IMG/VR virus record: IMGVR_UViG_3300025834_000005
Length of the DNA: 64,000 nucleotides
From: a virus
Direction: 5' to 3' (one strand)
The notes beneath the pieces were generated by a model that was given only the letters and a program-made list of their open reading frames with translations, was not told where the DNA came from and did no database searches. Positions 26,075 through 35,853 of the stretch are shown here, piece after piece; the stretch's first letter is position 1, and each line of letters opens with the position of its first letter. Made by a program: the position numbers and the translations under genes.

Positions 26075-26105
26075 TTGCATAATTGAATTATTTAGTTTAT
26101 TTTTG
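26075..26105 (+). promoter_or_regulatory. Bacteroidota-type promoter
   Basis: agacTTGCATaattgaattatttagttTATTTTTGcag, ~35 nt before ATG 26140. Confidence 0.5.
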
Positions 26106-26139
26106 CAGAGTTAAGTATTTAATATAAAAACGTAGTATT

Positions 26140-26472
26140 ATGAAGAAGTAGATTAAGTTAGTAACGATCACCAGAAAAGACCTGAAAGCAGGTTACCAGT
26201 TATGCCAAACCTCACATTCTGTGGCCGAGTTTGCATACACTTATCCAGATCATTTCAATGATTGGATGCGAGATTCCAAATATCTCATTTCATTGTCTGT
26301 CGATAATGAAGACCACCTCAAAACCCTTTTTGACAAATTAAAGACCAATGGTGCTACTATTGTGGCATTCACTGAACCTGATATTAACGATCAGCTGACA
26401 TCGATATGTTATTACGGCACACCTGAGTTGAGAAAATTAACTGACCATTTGGATTTAGCATTAAAAAATTAA
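26140..26472 (+). CDS. Peptidyl-tRNA hydrolase 2 (PTH2)-like protein with in-frame TAG at codon 4
   Basis: ATG AAG AAG TAG ATT AAG TTA GTA.. is in frame with the track ORF (GTG 26221). The 27 residues upstream of the GTG (IKLVTITRKDLKAGYQLCQTSHS) carry the PTH2 R-D-L..G..Q..H signature. Confidence 0.5.
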
Positions 26473-26619
26473 CGTTATGAGAAAGATATAGATACGCCCT
26501 CCATAACGTCATGGGAAACCATGAATTTGCGATTCGCAAATTGCAAATCAACCGCAGAGGTTATTCAGAATGATTAATGCGTATTAATTAAAAATGTTAA
26601 AATTTAAATAAAAAATATC

Positions 26620-27063
26620 ATGGAAACAGTAGTAAATAGTTTGAAAATTGTATCAAAAGATACTAAAGATTTAGTAAATGGCATCGTTAACGTAATTGAG
26701 GTGATTAATAATAAGATCAAAACAACTGATTGGCAGAAATCGGCTTCATTGGAAGCATACGTCAATCCAAAGTTATCTTCATTGGTTAATGATTTGGGGA
26801 CATGTGACAGAAAAAGATTGAAAAGAATGTTAAACAGATGTATGTCTAAACCTTCTATCAGAAACATTAATTCGGTTATTCATTTTCTATCAAAAACAGT
26901 GTATAACAATCTAATCCCTACGTCTTATGTACGTGTATCAGCGAAAGAAGCAAGTATCATTGCTTTACGTAAGAAGTATGTGGAATCTCGTAAAGCTACA
27001 ATAGCTATATACGATGAGTATAAGAGTGTTAAGGGTGATTATTATAAAACTAAATCAATTTAA
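26620..27063 (+). CDS. Hypothetical protein
   Basis: 147 aa ORF. The antisense ORF 26604..26867 is rejected. Confidence 0.6.
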   Translation: METVVNSLKIVSKDTKDLVNGIVNVIEVINNKIKTTDWQKSASLEAYVNPKLSSLVNDLGTCDRKRLKRMLNRCMSKPSIRNINSVIHFLSKTVYNNLIPTSYVRVSAKEASIIALRKKYVESRKATIAIYDEYKSVKGDYYKTKSI

Positions 27064-27110
27064 TTGTAAAATAAAGTTGAATTTATTTAAAAAAATCATT
27101 GCCTAATAAA

Positions 27111-27156
27111 AATAGAACAGGTATATTTGCAGAATGTATCGGTTCTATTTTTTTTG
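27111..27156 (+). terminator. Hairpin + T-run (terminator) whose loop carries a TATATTTG box
   Basis: aatagaac-N23-gttctatt followed by T8. Confidence 0.4.
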
Positions 27157-27216
27157 TGCTAAAAACATGGAAAAATTTATAAATCGATCCTATTTATAAA
27201 AGCAAAAATTAAGTAT

Positions 27217-29766
27217 ATGACAAAAGAAAATGATTTGAAACCTATCTCGCCAGAGATTATAAAGGCAGCATCACTATCGTATTTTAAAGGCGATGCATTA
27301 GCGGCAGAAGTTTGGATGAATAAGTATTGCCTGAAAGATGAGAATAATTTTTACGAGTTATCTCCAGATGCGATGCACCACCGAATTGCCAGAGAGATCG
27401 CAAGGATTGAAAATAATTACCCAAATCCTGTATCGGAAGAAGCGATATACGATTCATTAAAGAATTTTATTAGGATTGTACCACAGGGAGGGCCTATGAG
27501 TGGCATTGGAAATAATCTACAAATCGTATCATTAAGCAATTGCTTTGTGATCGGAGATAAGGGTGTATCTGATTCATATGGCGGAATTTTGAAAATTGAT
27601 CAGGAGCAAATTCAGCTAATGAAACGACGTGGTGGAGTTGGACACGATTTATCGCACATCAGACCAACAGGTTCGCCAGTGAAAAACAGTGCATTAACAT
27701 CAACAGGCATTGTTCCGTTTATGACACGTTTTAGCAACTCAACAAAAGAAGTTGCACAAGATGGTAGACGTGGTGCTTTAATGCTCTCAATAGCTATTAA
27801 ACACCCAGATTCAGAGGCATTTATTGATGCCAAATTAGAAAAGGGTGAAATATCTGGAGCTAATATATCTGTTAAATTGGATGACGAGTTTATGAAAAGT
27901 CGCTATCTACCTAATGGCGAATTCGTTCAGCAGTACCCAATTAACAGTGAAAATCCTACTGTTACGAAGACTATTAACTCTAATAAACTGTGGGATAAGA
28001 TCATTCATAATGCTTGGAAATCAGCAGAACCTGGAATTCTGTTCTGGGATACCATTATAAAAGAATCTATTCCAGATTGCTATAAGGATTTTGGTTTCAA
28101 AACAGTATCGACTAATCCATGCGGTGAGATACCTCTCTGTCCTTATGATAGTTGCAGGCTTTTAGCTTTAAATCTATTTGGCTATGTTATCAATCCTTTC
28201 ATGCCAAATGCATCATTCGATTGGAAATTATTCAAGTCTGACGTTCGTTTAGGTATGAGATATATGGATGATATTATTGATCTTGAAATTGAAAAGATTG
28301 ATTCAATATTGTTGAAGATCGAAAATGATCCAGAAGATGCGTTTATCAAAATGTATGAAAAGAATCTTTGGGAGCAGATAAAAGCAATGACGATCAAAGG
28401 TAGACGTACTGGCTTAGGCATCACAGCAGAGGGTGATATGCTTGCTTCTTTAGGCTTACGTTATGGAACTGATCTTGCTAATGACTTCGCAGAAGAAGTT
28501 CAAAAAACGCTTAAATTAGAGGCTTATAGGGCATCTGTTGAAATGGCTAAAGAACGTGGTGCATTTCCTATTTATGACGCTAAGCTTGAAGAAAATAACC
28601 CTTTCATTGTAAGAATTAAAGAAGAAGATCCAGAGTTGTATGCCGATATGTTGAAATATGGTCGTAGGAATATTGCCGCATTAACAATCGCACCAACAGG
28701 AACAGTGAGTTTAATGACACAGACAACATCAGGTATTGAACCTTGTTTTATGCCAGTTTATATGCGTCGTAGAAAAATTAATCCACAGGAAAAAAATGTT
28801 CGTATTGACTTTACAGACTCAGAAGGTATTTGCTGGACAGAGTACCCAATCTTTCATCATAAATTTGAACTATGGTTAAAAATAAATGGCTACGATGTTG
28901 AAGCTGTTAAGCTTATGAAACCGTCAGAGGTTGAGGAGATTACAAAATTAAGTCCTTATTATCTCGCCACAGCTAATGATGTTGATTGGGTGAAAAAAGT
29001 TGAAATGCAGGGTAGATTACAAAAACATGTTGATCATAGTATTTCTGTAACGGTTAATCTTAAAGCTGACGCAACAGAAGAACTTGTCTCCAAAGTATAT
29101 GAAACTGGATGGAAAACAGGCTGCAAAGGTATTACAGTTTATCGTGATGGATGTCGTGATGGCGTTTTGGTTAGCGCAACCGATAAAAAGGAAAATGATA
29201 AGATCAAAGCATTCCATGATACACAAGCACCTAAGCGTCCAAAACGTTTAAAGGGTGATATTATTAGGTTCAATAATAATAGCGAAAAATGGATTGGTGT
29301 TGTAGGCTTAATCGATGGCAGACCTTACGAATTGTTTACAGGTAAACTTCAAAACGGATTAGCTTCGATTCCTGTTTATGTTAAAGACTGTGTGATTATA
29401 AAAATGAAATTAGCCGATGGGACATCACGGTATGATGTTGAATACACCGATAATGTAGGTGTTGCTCATATTGTTGAAGGCTTATCATATAAATTCCTTC
29501 CCGAATACTGGAATTATGCTAAGCTTGTTTCAGGTATTTTACGTCATGGAATGCCACTTATTTATGTTAAAGAATTGGTTGAGTCATTAAATCTTAATGA
29601 TGACAATTTGAATACATGGAAGAATGGCGTTGTCCGTATCATCAAAAGATATATTCCAAATGGTATAAAGGGTAAAGGTGTTTGTGATGTTTGCGGCGGA
29701 GACCGACTTGAATACGTCGAAGGATGCCTCACTTGTAAAGATTGCGGAAATAGTAAATGTTCGTAA
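27217..29766 (+). CDS. nrdJ: Ribonucleotide reductase, class II (adenosylcobalamin-dependent)
   Basis: 849 aa. Contains TNPCGEIPLCPYDSCRLLALNL active-site region and APTGTVS. C-terminal Cys cluster CDVCGG..CLTCKDCGNSKC. Confidence 0.85.
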   Translation: MTKENDLKPISPEIIKAASLSYFKGDALAAEVWMNKYCLKDENNFYELSPDAMHHRIAREIARIENNYPNPVSEEAIYDSLKNFIRIVPQGGPMSGIGNNLQIVSLSNCFVIGDKGVSDSYGGILKIDQEQIQLMKRRGGVGHDLSHIRPTGSPVKNSALTSTGIVPFMTRFSNSTKEVAQDGRRGALMLSIAIKHPDSEAFIDAKLEKGEISGANISVKLDDEFMKSRYLPNGEFVQQYPINSENPTVTKTINSNKLWDKIIHNAWKSAEPGILFWDTIIKESIPDCYKDFGFKTVSTNPCGEIPLCPYDSCRLLALNLFGYVINPFMPNASFDWKLFKSDVRLGMRYMDDIIDLEIEKIDSILLKIENDPEDAFIKMYEKNLWEQIKAMTIKGRRTGLGITAEGDMLASLGLRYGTDLANDFAEEVQKTLKLEAYRASVEMAKERGAFPIYDAKLEENNPFIVRIKEEDPELYADMLKYGRRNIAALTIAPTGTVSLMTQTTSGIEPCFMPVYMRRRKINPQEKNVRIDFTDSEGICWTEYPIFHHKFELWLKINGYDVEAVKLMKPSEVEEITKLSPYYLATANDVDWVKKVEMQGRLQKHVDHSISVTVNLKADATEELVSKVYETGWKTGCKGITVYRDGCRDGVLVSATDKKENDKIKAFHDTQAPKRPKRLKGDIIRFNNNSEKWIGVVGLIDGRPYELFTGKLQNGLASIPVYVKDCVIIKMKLADGTSRYDVEYTDNVGVAHIVEGLSYKFLPEYWNYAKLVSGILRHGMPLIYVKELVESLNLNDDNLNTWKNGVVRIIKRYIPNGIKGKGVCDVCGGDRLEYVEGCLTCKDCGNSKCS

Positions 29767-29784
29767 AAAAAGTTAAAAAAATCC

Positions 29785-29815
29785 TTGCTGATTTAAAAAT
29801 AAATAATTAAATTTG
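29785..29815 (+). promoter_or_regulatory. Bacteroidota-type promoter + 5' UTR hairpin
   Basis: ccTTGCTG..aatTAAATTTGcag, then gggtcta-N12-tagaccc before ATG 29874. Confidence 0.45.
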
Positions 29816-29873
29816 CAGAGAATATTAACAAGGGTCTATCGTTAATTCGGTAGACCCATATTAAAAAAAGTAT

Positions 29874-30095
29874 ATGGCATTTAAACACATAACCGAAAAA
29901 GAACAATTAAAACTACAATCCTTTGAGGGACAGCAAGCAAAGATTATTGGAAATCATGTGCATAGTGGTGACATCGTGCAATGCTTGAAATTAGTAATGA
30001 CAGCTGTTGGCTATGGCTTACGTGTGGAAAATACAAAGGGCGATATCTATTATATCTTCAAGCCCAAACAACTGGAAAAATTAATTGTAAAATAA
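29874..30095 (+). CDS. Hypothetical protein
   Basis: 73 aa ORF. Confidence 0.55.
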   Translation: MAFKHITEKEQLKLQSFEGQQAKIIGNHVHSGDIVQCLKLVMTAVGYGLRVENTKGDIYYIFKPKQLEKLIVK

Positions 30096-30121
30096 ATAAG
30101 TAAAGTAAATAAATTGTAATT

Positions 30122-32428
30122 ATGTTAAGAACTGTAAAGATTTCGGATGGGTTTTATTTAAACGCCCAAAAAGTGGAAAAAGAACAAGTATTTGTTCAGA
30201 CGAATTCAACAAATCATATTTTTGTTGTTGACGTATCAGGCTCAATGAGTTATGAACTACCATTGATCAGGAAGCAACTAAAGAATAAACTGTCAACGGT
30301 AATGCGTGATGGCGATACTATCTCAATTATCTGGTTTTCGGGTGACAGAGAGAGTGGGATTCTTAAGGAAGAGGTCGAGGTTAAATCATTAAAGACATTA
30401 TCAGAATTAAATGATGCTGTTGATAAATGGTTGCAGCCTGTATGCTTGACAGCTTTCCGTAAGCCGTTAATTCTTGCCAAGGAATTGGTTGAGAGAGTTA
30501 AGAAAAATCGACCAAACACAGCATTCTCACTAATCTTCCTAACGGACGGTTATAACAATGACTGTAGCTGGAGTAGTGTTGTGGATGCATTGAATGATCT
30601 TACTGATGATATTTCATCATCGACATTTGTTGAGTACGGTTATTATGCTGACACTAAAAGGATTCAGGAAATGGCTGCTATTTTAGGCGGCGAGAAAATT
30701 AACACATCAGACTTTGATGAATTCGAACCGATCTTCGATAAGAAAATTTCAACAGGCGGTGGTACAACTAAGAAAATCAGCGTAACAATCGATTCGAAAA
30801 ATGCTTTATATGGGTTGGTTTATAGCTGCGATCAAGATGGCTCAATTATTCTGTATAATATCGTTGACGGAAAAGTATCTGTTAATGAATCTGTTAACAA
30901 TATTTATTTCTTCTCAGATGTTGCTAACACATCAGTTGCTCTAACTGGCGATGACGTTGACACTGCATTATATGTTGCTATTTACGTATTGTCGGATAAT
31001 CTACAGTACGACGAAGCTGAAAAATTGTTTATGATTCTTGGTGACTCTTATTACTATAAAGAGTTGATGGCTGCTTACGGTAAACAGAAGTTGAATAACT
31101 TCAAGATATCTATGAAAGCATGTATCACTGACAATAGATTTAGGTTTCCAAATGGCAAATCATCGATAAAAGCTGTTGATGACAATGCTTATTGTGTCAT
31201 GAATCTTATTTCAGACCTTGGAAAAATTGATAACTGCCTACTATTCACAGGACATAAAGATTTTGTTTATAACAGAATCGGTGCAAAACGAGTGGCGGTT
31301 GGTAGTACTCTTACAGAGGGCGAAAAGGAAAAATTGGCTAATGCTAAGAATGTTGCTGAAATGATTGAGATTAGTAAAGACCTTGAGAAAAACAAAGTCG
31401 ATCTTACATTCACCACAACAGACCCAAACGCTGGAAGTCCTTTAACCAATCTTGTTTGGAACGAAGAAAGAGCTAATTTATCCATCTTAGTGAAATATGA
31501 TGGTAACGTATCACTCCCAAAAAATGAGTTCGGAATTGAGAGCGTAGCAAGCTTTAAATACAATACATATACCGTTATTAAAGATGGTATCTTGAATGTG
31601 AAAAACTTGCCAGTTTCTTATTCTAAGGAACTTGAGACATTGTTAATTGCTAATGGCGTATCGTATTACAATGATTATTTTGAGGACGATTTCATTGACC
31701 CGATCAACCCAAAAAATTCTGTTGTTCATTACGAGCCTCAGTTCATTGTAATTGATCTCGCATCGCTTCCAATAGTAAACAGAGGAATGGTAAAAACTAT
31801 TTCAGCTAATGAGTTATCAAGGCTTGAATGGGAATTAACCAAACTTCAAGGTACAAAGAAGGTTGTTGACTATTACAGAGGACTCTTGTTTCCAAAAACA
31901 AGTAAATCATTCGCCGACATGGTTAGCCCTGAATGTGCTGAATGGCTTAAAACTATTGGAATCACTGATTACAATGGCTTTGCTCCTAAAAGCATGGCAA
32001 GTCTCACTGGTGACAATTATATGTCTGTCAATTTGATTACAAAGATTAAAGGACTTTCATCATTACCGAAAGTACTTGATGTTGTCGCAAAGATTGATAA
32101 GAACGTAGCATTGAAACTTAATGAGTCTTTAATGCAACCAGCTATTCTGGCTATTAGAACGATGGTTGATTCGATTAACGAGAGTTATAAAACGGAAGCG
32201 GAAAAACTCGCAGATATTGAGGCATACCTAATTGAAGAATCAAAGAGCGTGACTACCGTGAAACGTGCCCTTCTACAATACATTGCGCAGATTAAATTCT
32301 CGCTAATTTTGTCGAAGAAATGGTTTACAGAATTCAAGTCATTCGATGACAATAAACTATCTGTTAATTACGACGGAAATGCATTAGAATTTACTTTCGA
32401 TCTTACCGAGAAAGAAGTGAAAATTTAA
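30122..32428 (+). CDS. von Willebrand factor type A (vWA) domain protein
   Basis: N-terminal MIDAS-like FVVDVSGSMS..SIIWFSG..LIFLTDGYNND. 768 aa. Confidence 0.65.
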   Translation: MLRTVKISDGFYLNAQKVEKEQVFVQTNSTNHIFVVDVSGSMSYELPLIRKQLKNKLSTVMRDGDTISIIWFSGDRESGILKEEVEVKSLKTLSELNDAVDKWLQPVCLTAFRKPLILAKELVERVKKNRPNTAFSLIFLTDGYNNDCSWSSVVDALNDLTDDISSSTFVEYGYYADTKRIQEMAAILGGEKINTSDFDEFEPIFDKKISTGGGTTKKISVTIDSKNALYGLVYSCDQDGSIILYNIVDGKVSVNESVNNIYFFSDVANTSVALTGDDVDTALYVAIYVLSDNLQYDEAEKLFMILGDSYYYKELMAAYGKQKLNNFKISMKACITDNRFRFPNGKSSIKAVDDNAYCVMNLISDLGKIDNCLLFTGHKDFVYNRIGAKRVAVGSTLTEGEKEKLANAKNVAEMIEISKDLEKNKVDLTFTTTDPNAGSPLTNLVWNEERANLSILVKYDGNVSLPKNEFGIESVASFKYNTYTVIKDGILNVKNLPVSYSKELETLLIANGVSYYNDYFEDDFIDPINPKNSVVHYEPQFIVIDLASLPIVNRGMVKTISANELSRLEWELTKLQGTKKVVDYYRGLLFPKTSKSFADMVSPECAEWLKTIGITDYNGFAPKSMASLTGDNYMSVNLITKIKGLSSLPKVLDVVAKIDKNVALKLNESLMQPAILAIRTMVDSINESYKTEAEKLADIEAYLIEESKSVTTVKRALLQYIAQIKFSLILSKKWFTEFKSFDDNKLSVNYDGNALEFTFDLTEKEVKI

Positions 32429-32446
32429 AAAAGCATTATTTTATAT

Positions 32447-32475
32447 AAAAAACCCCATAATATGGGGTTTTTTTA
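32447..32475 (+). terminator. Intrinsic terminator
   Basis: aaccccata-a-tatggggtt followed by T-run. Confidence 0.75.
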
Positions 32476-32531
32476 TGTTTATATAAGTAGTTTATTAGTA
32501 TTGAAGTATTTATTAAAAAAATCACAAGTCA

Positions 32532-35399
32532 ATGATAAATGGGATAAAAGAAAGCTTTGAGTACCAAAATCTTAGCACATCAGCAAAACAAGACGTATTC
32601 AATGTTTTCAAAGCAGCTTATGAAAAGGCAACAGGCTCGGCGTGGGACTTTAACAAATTCAATAGCAGAGCATATGGGTGGCAATTTTTTGGTGAAGAAG
32701 ATGGCTATGTTACATTAAGACCACAAAATAGCGGTTACTATAAATTAACAGGTGTTGCAGGCAATCCAAGATCAATTCTACGTGGACTTGGCGAAATAAT
32801 GGGTAAAAATATTCCTGTTTGGGGTATGGTTAGTCAAGATATCTCAAATATTTTAACAAGAAAATTTGAGTTTAGAAAGCCTAATAAAATTGAAACGATT
32901 GCGATTTTTAAAATGATATCATCAAATGTATTTGGTGACGTAAAATATACGGTAAATAAGGATGGTGGCGTAACATTTGATTACGCAGACGTTGGCTCAA
33001 CAACAAAATACTTTGTAGGCAATAAGCCATATTTCTCAAAGGTTCGACAGGAATTATTCAAGACTGTTAAGAATAAACTCGGTTTATCTAAATATCTAAA
33101 TGAGGGTGAGGAATTGGATGAAAAAAGAGCTGTTGACGATTATACTGTGAACTCGTATGACGAGATAATGAAAGTTATTAATACGATTGGTTATAAGAAG
33201 CTGTACATCTCTTTTAGAGAAACCGTTAACGTATCAACAATCAATACTAATAATAAGTACAATACTCCAACAGGCTTATATTGTTATCCTCTAATATCAT
33301 ATAAGTCAAAAATAGAAAATGCTGATAATATTAAGGATTTTACAAATTGTTTTCCTTATATGAGTAGCTCAAAATATATTCACATGTTCTCGTTGGAGAG
33401 TGATGAGAATGTATTATTTTCATCAGCATTTAGTAAGAGTCAGATCAATGGCTATGTTGAAAAAATTAGAGATTATTATCCCACAAATGATAATATTCAG
33501 GAATATTGTCTACAATGGTTTAACGGAACATTTAAGGGATATGGTTCATACACAGCTGTTCAGGGCAATTTGGTAAGCGGAATCTGGTTATTTTTATATG
33601 CTATTGCAGATCAAATAAAAAGAGGTAGTGTGGCTCATTCTGTTACAATTCTCGCAGCATGGCTTGGGATAGACGGATTTGTTGACGATGGTTGCCTTGG
33701 GTATATTCACGAAGCCGAAAAATGTCAGGCTGTATTCTTTAATAATAATTTCAGAAAGATCATAGGTAATTATCAGATATTGTCTGCTCATGATGATAGA
33801 GGTGACGTTCCATTAAAATTTGATGCCCCAAAGGATGTTCAGAATGGCGATGGTAGCGAACAATTTGATGCCTATAGGAAGCAAATTGAGAAAAAATTTA
33901 ATACCATAGACATTAGTTTCGAAGACTCATATAAAAAAATCAAATCAAATATAAAAGCCGAAATACCTAATGTTATAAGTGTTAATGGTATATGGAATTA
34001 TTATGATAGGATGTGTAAAAAATCCTTAAAAAATATAAATTATAGTGAAATATATGATAACGATGATAAAGCAAAAGCATATTATAATACACTGATTAAT
34101 AATAAATTTAATATTATATACATCGTTCATAACAGCTCAACATTTGCTATAGCCAGAAGTGATGCTGGTGACTTATTTGCGGCATCATCAAATATGGTAG
34201 AGCCTTTAGCTGCTTATAAATTAGACAAATCAAGACTTCAAGACTATTCGTCAACATTTTTAGATTATTATATCAATGCTGTTCATAAACATGCATACAG
34301 TTTAGATAGCGTTGAACGATTTGATAATAATGGACAAGCTTTTGCTACGAATTTTAATGGCGACTTACTTACGTTTGATGCTAATGGTAATGAGATACCA
34401 AAAGAAAATGTTATTATCAATTTCGATAATAATATAAATTTGGCAAAGAAGATGAACTACCTTTTAGGCGAACACAGATTTGCTCGTATCGATGGATTCA
34501 ACATTGCTAATAATACATTAGCTGTAGCGTATTCAGCAAATTCAAGTGATAAGTATTTTATAAACAAAAAGGGCGAAAAAGACCTTGTTATTTTGTCACG
34601 ATATGATTTAAATATGATGAGCGTAGATGTACGTGCCATATATATCAATCAGCTGATAGATGAGAATAAGTATTATGAGGTAAATTCATTCGATGAGGGA
34701 AATGAACATTTAGCAAGAGCGACAACATTCGACGGCGATACAAATTTTATCAATATGGATGGACACCCAAGCGTGTCTGGATTATCTGAGGATGATGTTA
34801 ATGGCTTTAGTGCTCGTACATTAGCAGCTTATATGAATACAATTATTGGTAAGTCATTATACAAATATGCTCGAAAAGTTAATTCATATCTTGATTTTAA
34901 TGCCGATGCGTTATTTGGTGACGCTGAGGTTTATAAGTGCGAAATAGAAAATGATGTTGCGATATACTCTACTCTTAGTGGTGGTATTCCTGATATTGAT
35001 CTTACTAAAGCAACTAATTGGAATAGTACGGACGAAAATGCCATCATGTTGAATACTAAATTTAAATCATTAAGATTTAATTACGCTTATAAGTATGCCG
35101 ATGACGTATATCAGGCAAAAATGCCCGATAAAGGATATGTATTTTATAATGGAGAAGGTAAGCCAACTTTGGAAGGAATCGATATAAACAGTTACGATCT
35201 TGGTAATGGAGAGAGAGCAGCATATTTTAACACCAAATTGAATACAGATGTATTTCATTCTGTCTATGGATTTAATGTCAACGATATGGCTGAATTTAGT
35301 TCTTTAAATAAATATGGATACATTAATAAGAACGGCGAGACATTCGATGATGAGAAGGGTAACTTTAAAATAACAATAGCTGACATCGAAAACGCATAA
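32532..35399 (+). CDS. Large hypothetical protein (955 aa)
   Basis: Uninterrupted ORF with the motif aagtatttattaaaaaa upstream. No family recognised. Confidence 0.65.
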   Translation: MINGIKESFEYQNLSTSAKQDVFNVFKAAYEKATGSAWDFNKFNSRAYGWQFFGEEDGYVTLRPQNSGYYKLTGVAGNPRSILRGLGEIMGKNIPVWGMVSQDISNILTRKFEFRKPNKIETIAIFKMISSNVFGDVKYTVNKDGGVTFDYADVGSTTKYFVGNKPYFSKVRQELFKTVKNKLGLSKYLNEGEELDEKRAVDDYTVNSYDEIMKVINTIGYKKLYISFRETVNVSTINTNNKYNTPTGLYCYPLISYKSKIENADNIKDFTNCFPYMSSSKYIHMFSLESDENVLFSSAFSKSQINGYVEKIRDYYPTNDNIQEYCLQWFNGTFKGYGSYTAVQGNLVSGIWLFLYAIADQIKRGSVAHSVTILAAWLGIDGFVDDGCLGYIHEAEKCQAVFFNNNFRKIIGNYQILSAHDDRGDVPLKFDAPKDVQNGDGSEQFDAYRKQIEKKFNTIDISFEDSYKKIKSNIKAEIPNVISVNGIWNYYDRMCKKSLKNINYSEIYDNDDKAKAYYNTLINNKFNIIYIVHNSSTFAIARSDAGDLFAASSNMVEPLAAYKLDKSRLQDYSSTFLDYYINAVHKHAYSLDSVERFDNNGQAFATNFNGDLLTFDANGNEIPKENVIINFDNNINLAKKMNYLLGEHRFARIDGFNIANNTLAVAYSANSSDKYFINKKGEKDLVILSRYDLNMMSVDVRAIYINQLIDENKYYEVNSFDEGNEHLARATTFDGDTNFINMDGHPSVSGLSEDDVNGFSARTLAAYMNTIIGKSLYKYARKVNSYLDFNADALFGDAEVYKCEIENDVAIYSTLSGGIPDIDLTKATNWNSTDENAIMLNTKFKSLRFNYAYKYADDVYQAKMPDKGYVFYNGEGKPTLEGIDINSYDLGNGERAAYFNTKLNTDVFHSVYGFNVNDMAEFSSLNKYGYINKNGETFDDEKGNFKITIADIENA

Positions 35400-35487
35400 T
35401 ATGAGAAATTAATTCCCTATAATAAACATTGATAATCAATTACTTAAAATTATTATCAATATTTTTTGTATTTTTTATAGAAAAATG

Positions 35488-35518
35488 TTTGGCGGTTGAG
35501 AAAATTGTATTACTTTTG
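35488..35518 (+). promoter_or_regulatory. Promoter of cassette D (TTTG-N19-TACTTTTG)
   Basis: atgTTTGgcggttgagaaaattgtatTACTTTTGtgccg. Confidence 0.5.
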
Positions 35519-35622
35519 TGCCGTGATCAACAAATGAAGCGACGAGATTTTATTTTAACACTTCTGAAACTTTTATGAAAATCACACTATTTATAAGTCT
35601 AAAAGCATTAATAAAAACGAAA

Positions 35623-35769
35623 ATGAAAAAGAACATATCATCATCAGTAACCATATCGGGAATAACAACGAGATCATCTCGCAGTTGTAATGGTATGTCT
35701 ATGTTCAATAGAATTTTTACAGGCATTAATACAGGCATACAAAAAATAGATTGGGTTCTCTTAATGTGA
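35623..35769 (+). CDS. Leader mini-ORF D (48 aa from ATG 35623; the frame is open from 35575)
   Basis: MKKNISSSVTISGITTRSSRSCNGMSMFNRIFTGINTGIQKIDWVLLM. A 36-codon block uses only N,I,S,T,G,R,C,M,F plus one V, the identities of the tRNAs downstream. A 14-codon uORF at 35534..35578 precedes it. Confidence 0.5.
   Translation: MKKNISSSVTISGITTRSSRSCNGMSMFNRIFTGINTGIQKIDWVLLM
35747..35757 (+). promoter_or_regulatory. Candidate antiterminator segment of cassette D
   Basis: TAGATTGGGTT matches 10 of 11 nt of the terminator 3' arm TAGATCGGGTT. It can pair with the 5' arm AACCCGATCTA and lies 10 nt upstream of the mini-ORF stop. Confidence 0.5.
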
Positions 35770-35792
35770 GAATATAAAACCTTAAAACAGGA

Positions 35793-35828
35793 AACCCGAT
35801 CTACCGCAAATAGATCGGGTTTTTTTGT
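35793..35828 (+). terminator. Intrinsic terminator of cassette D
   Basis: aacccgatcta-ccgcaaa-tagatcgggtt (11 bp stem) followed by T7. Confidence 0.8.
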
Positions 35829-35853
35829 TTGATAGCAGTAAGGCTATCGTTTC

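Noticed and set aside
27090-27216. Cobalamin riboswitch upstream of the B12-dependent nrdJ
   Set aside because: The leader is only ~100 nt and contains a simple hairpin and T-run plus a promoter box. There is no room for a cobalamin aptamer and no recognisable B12-box-like element.
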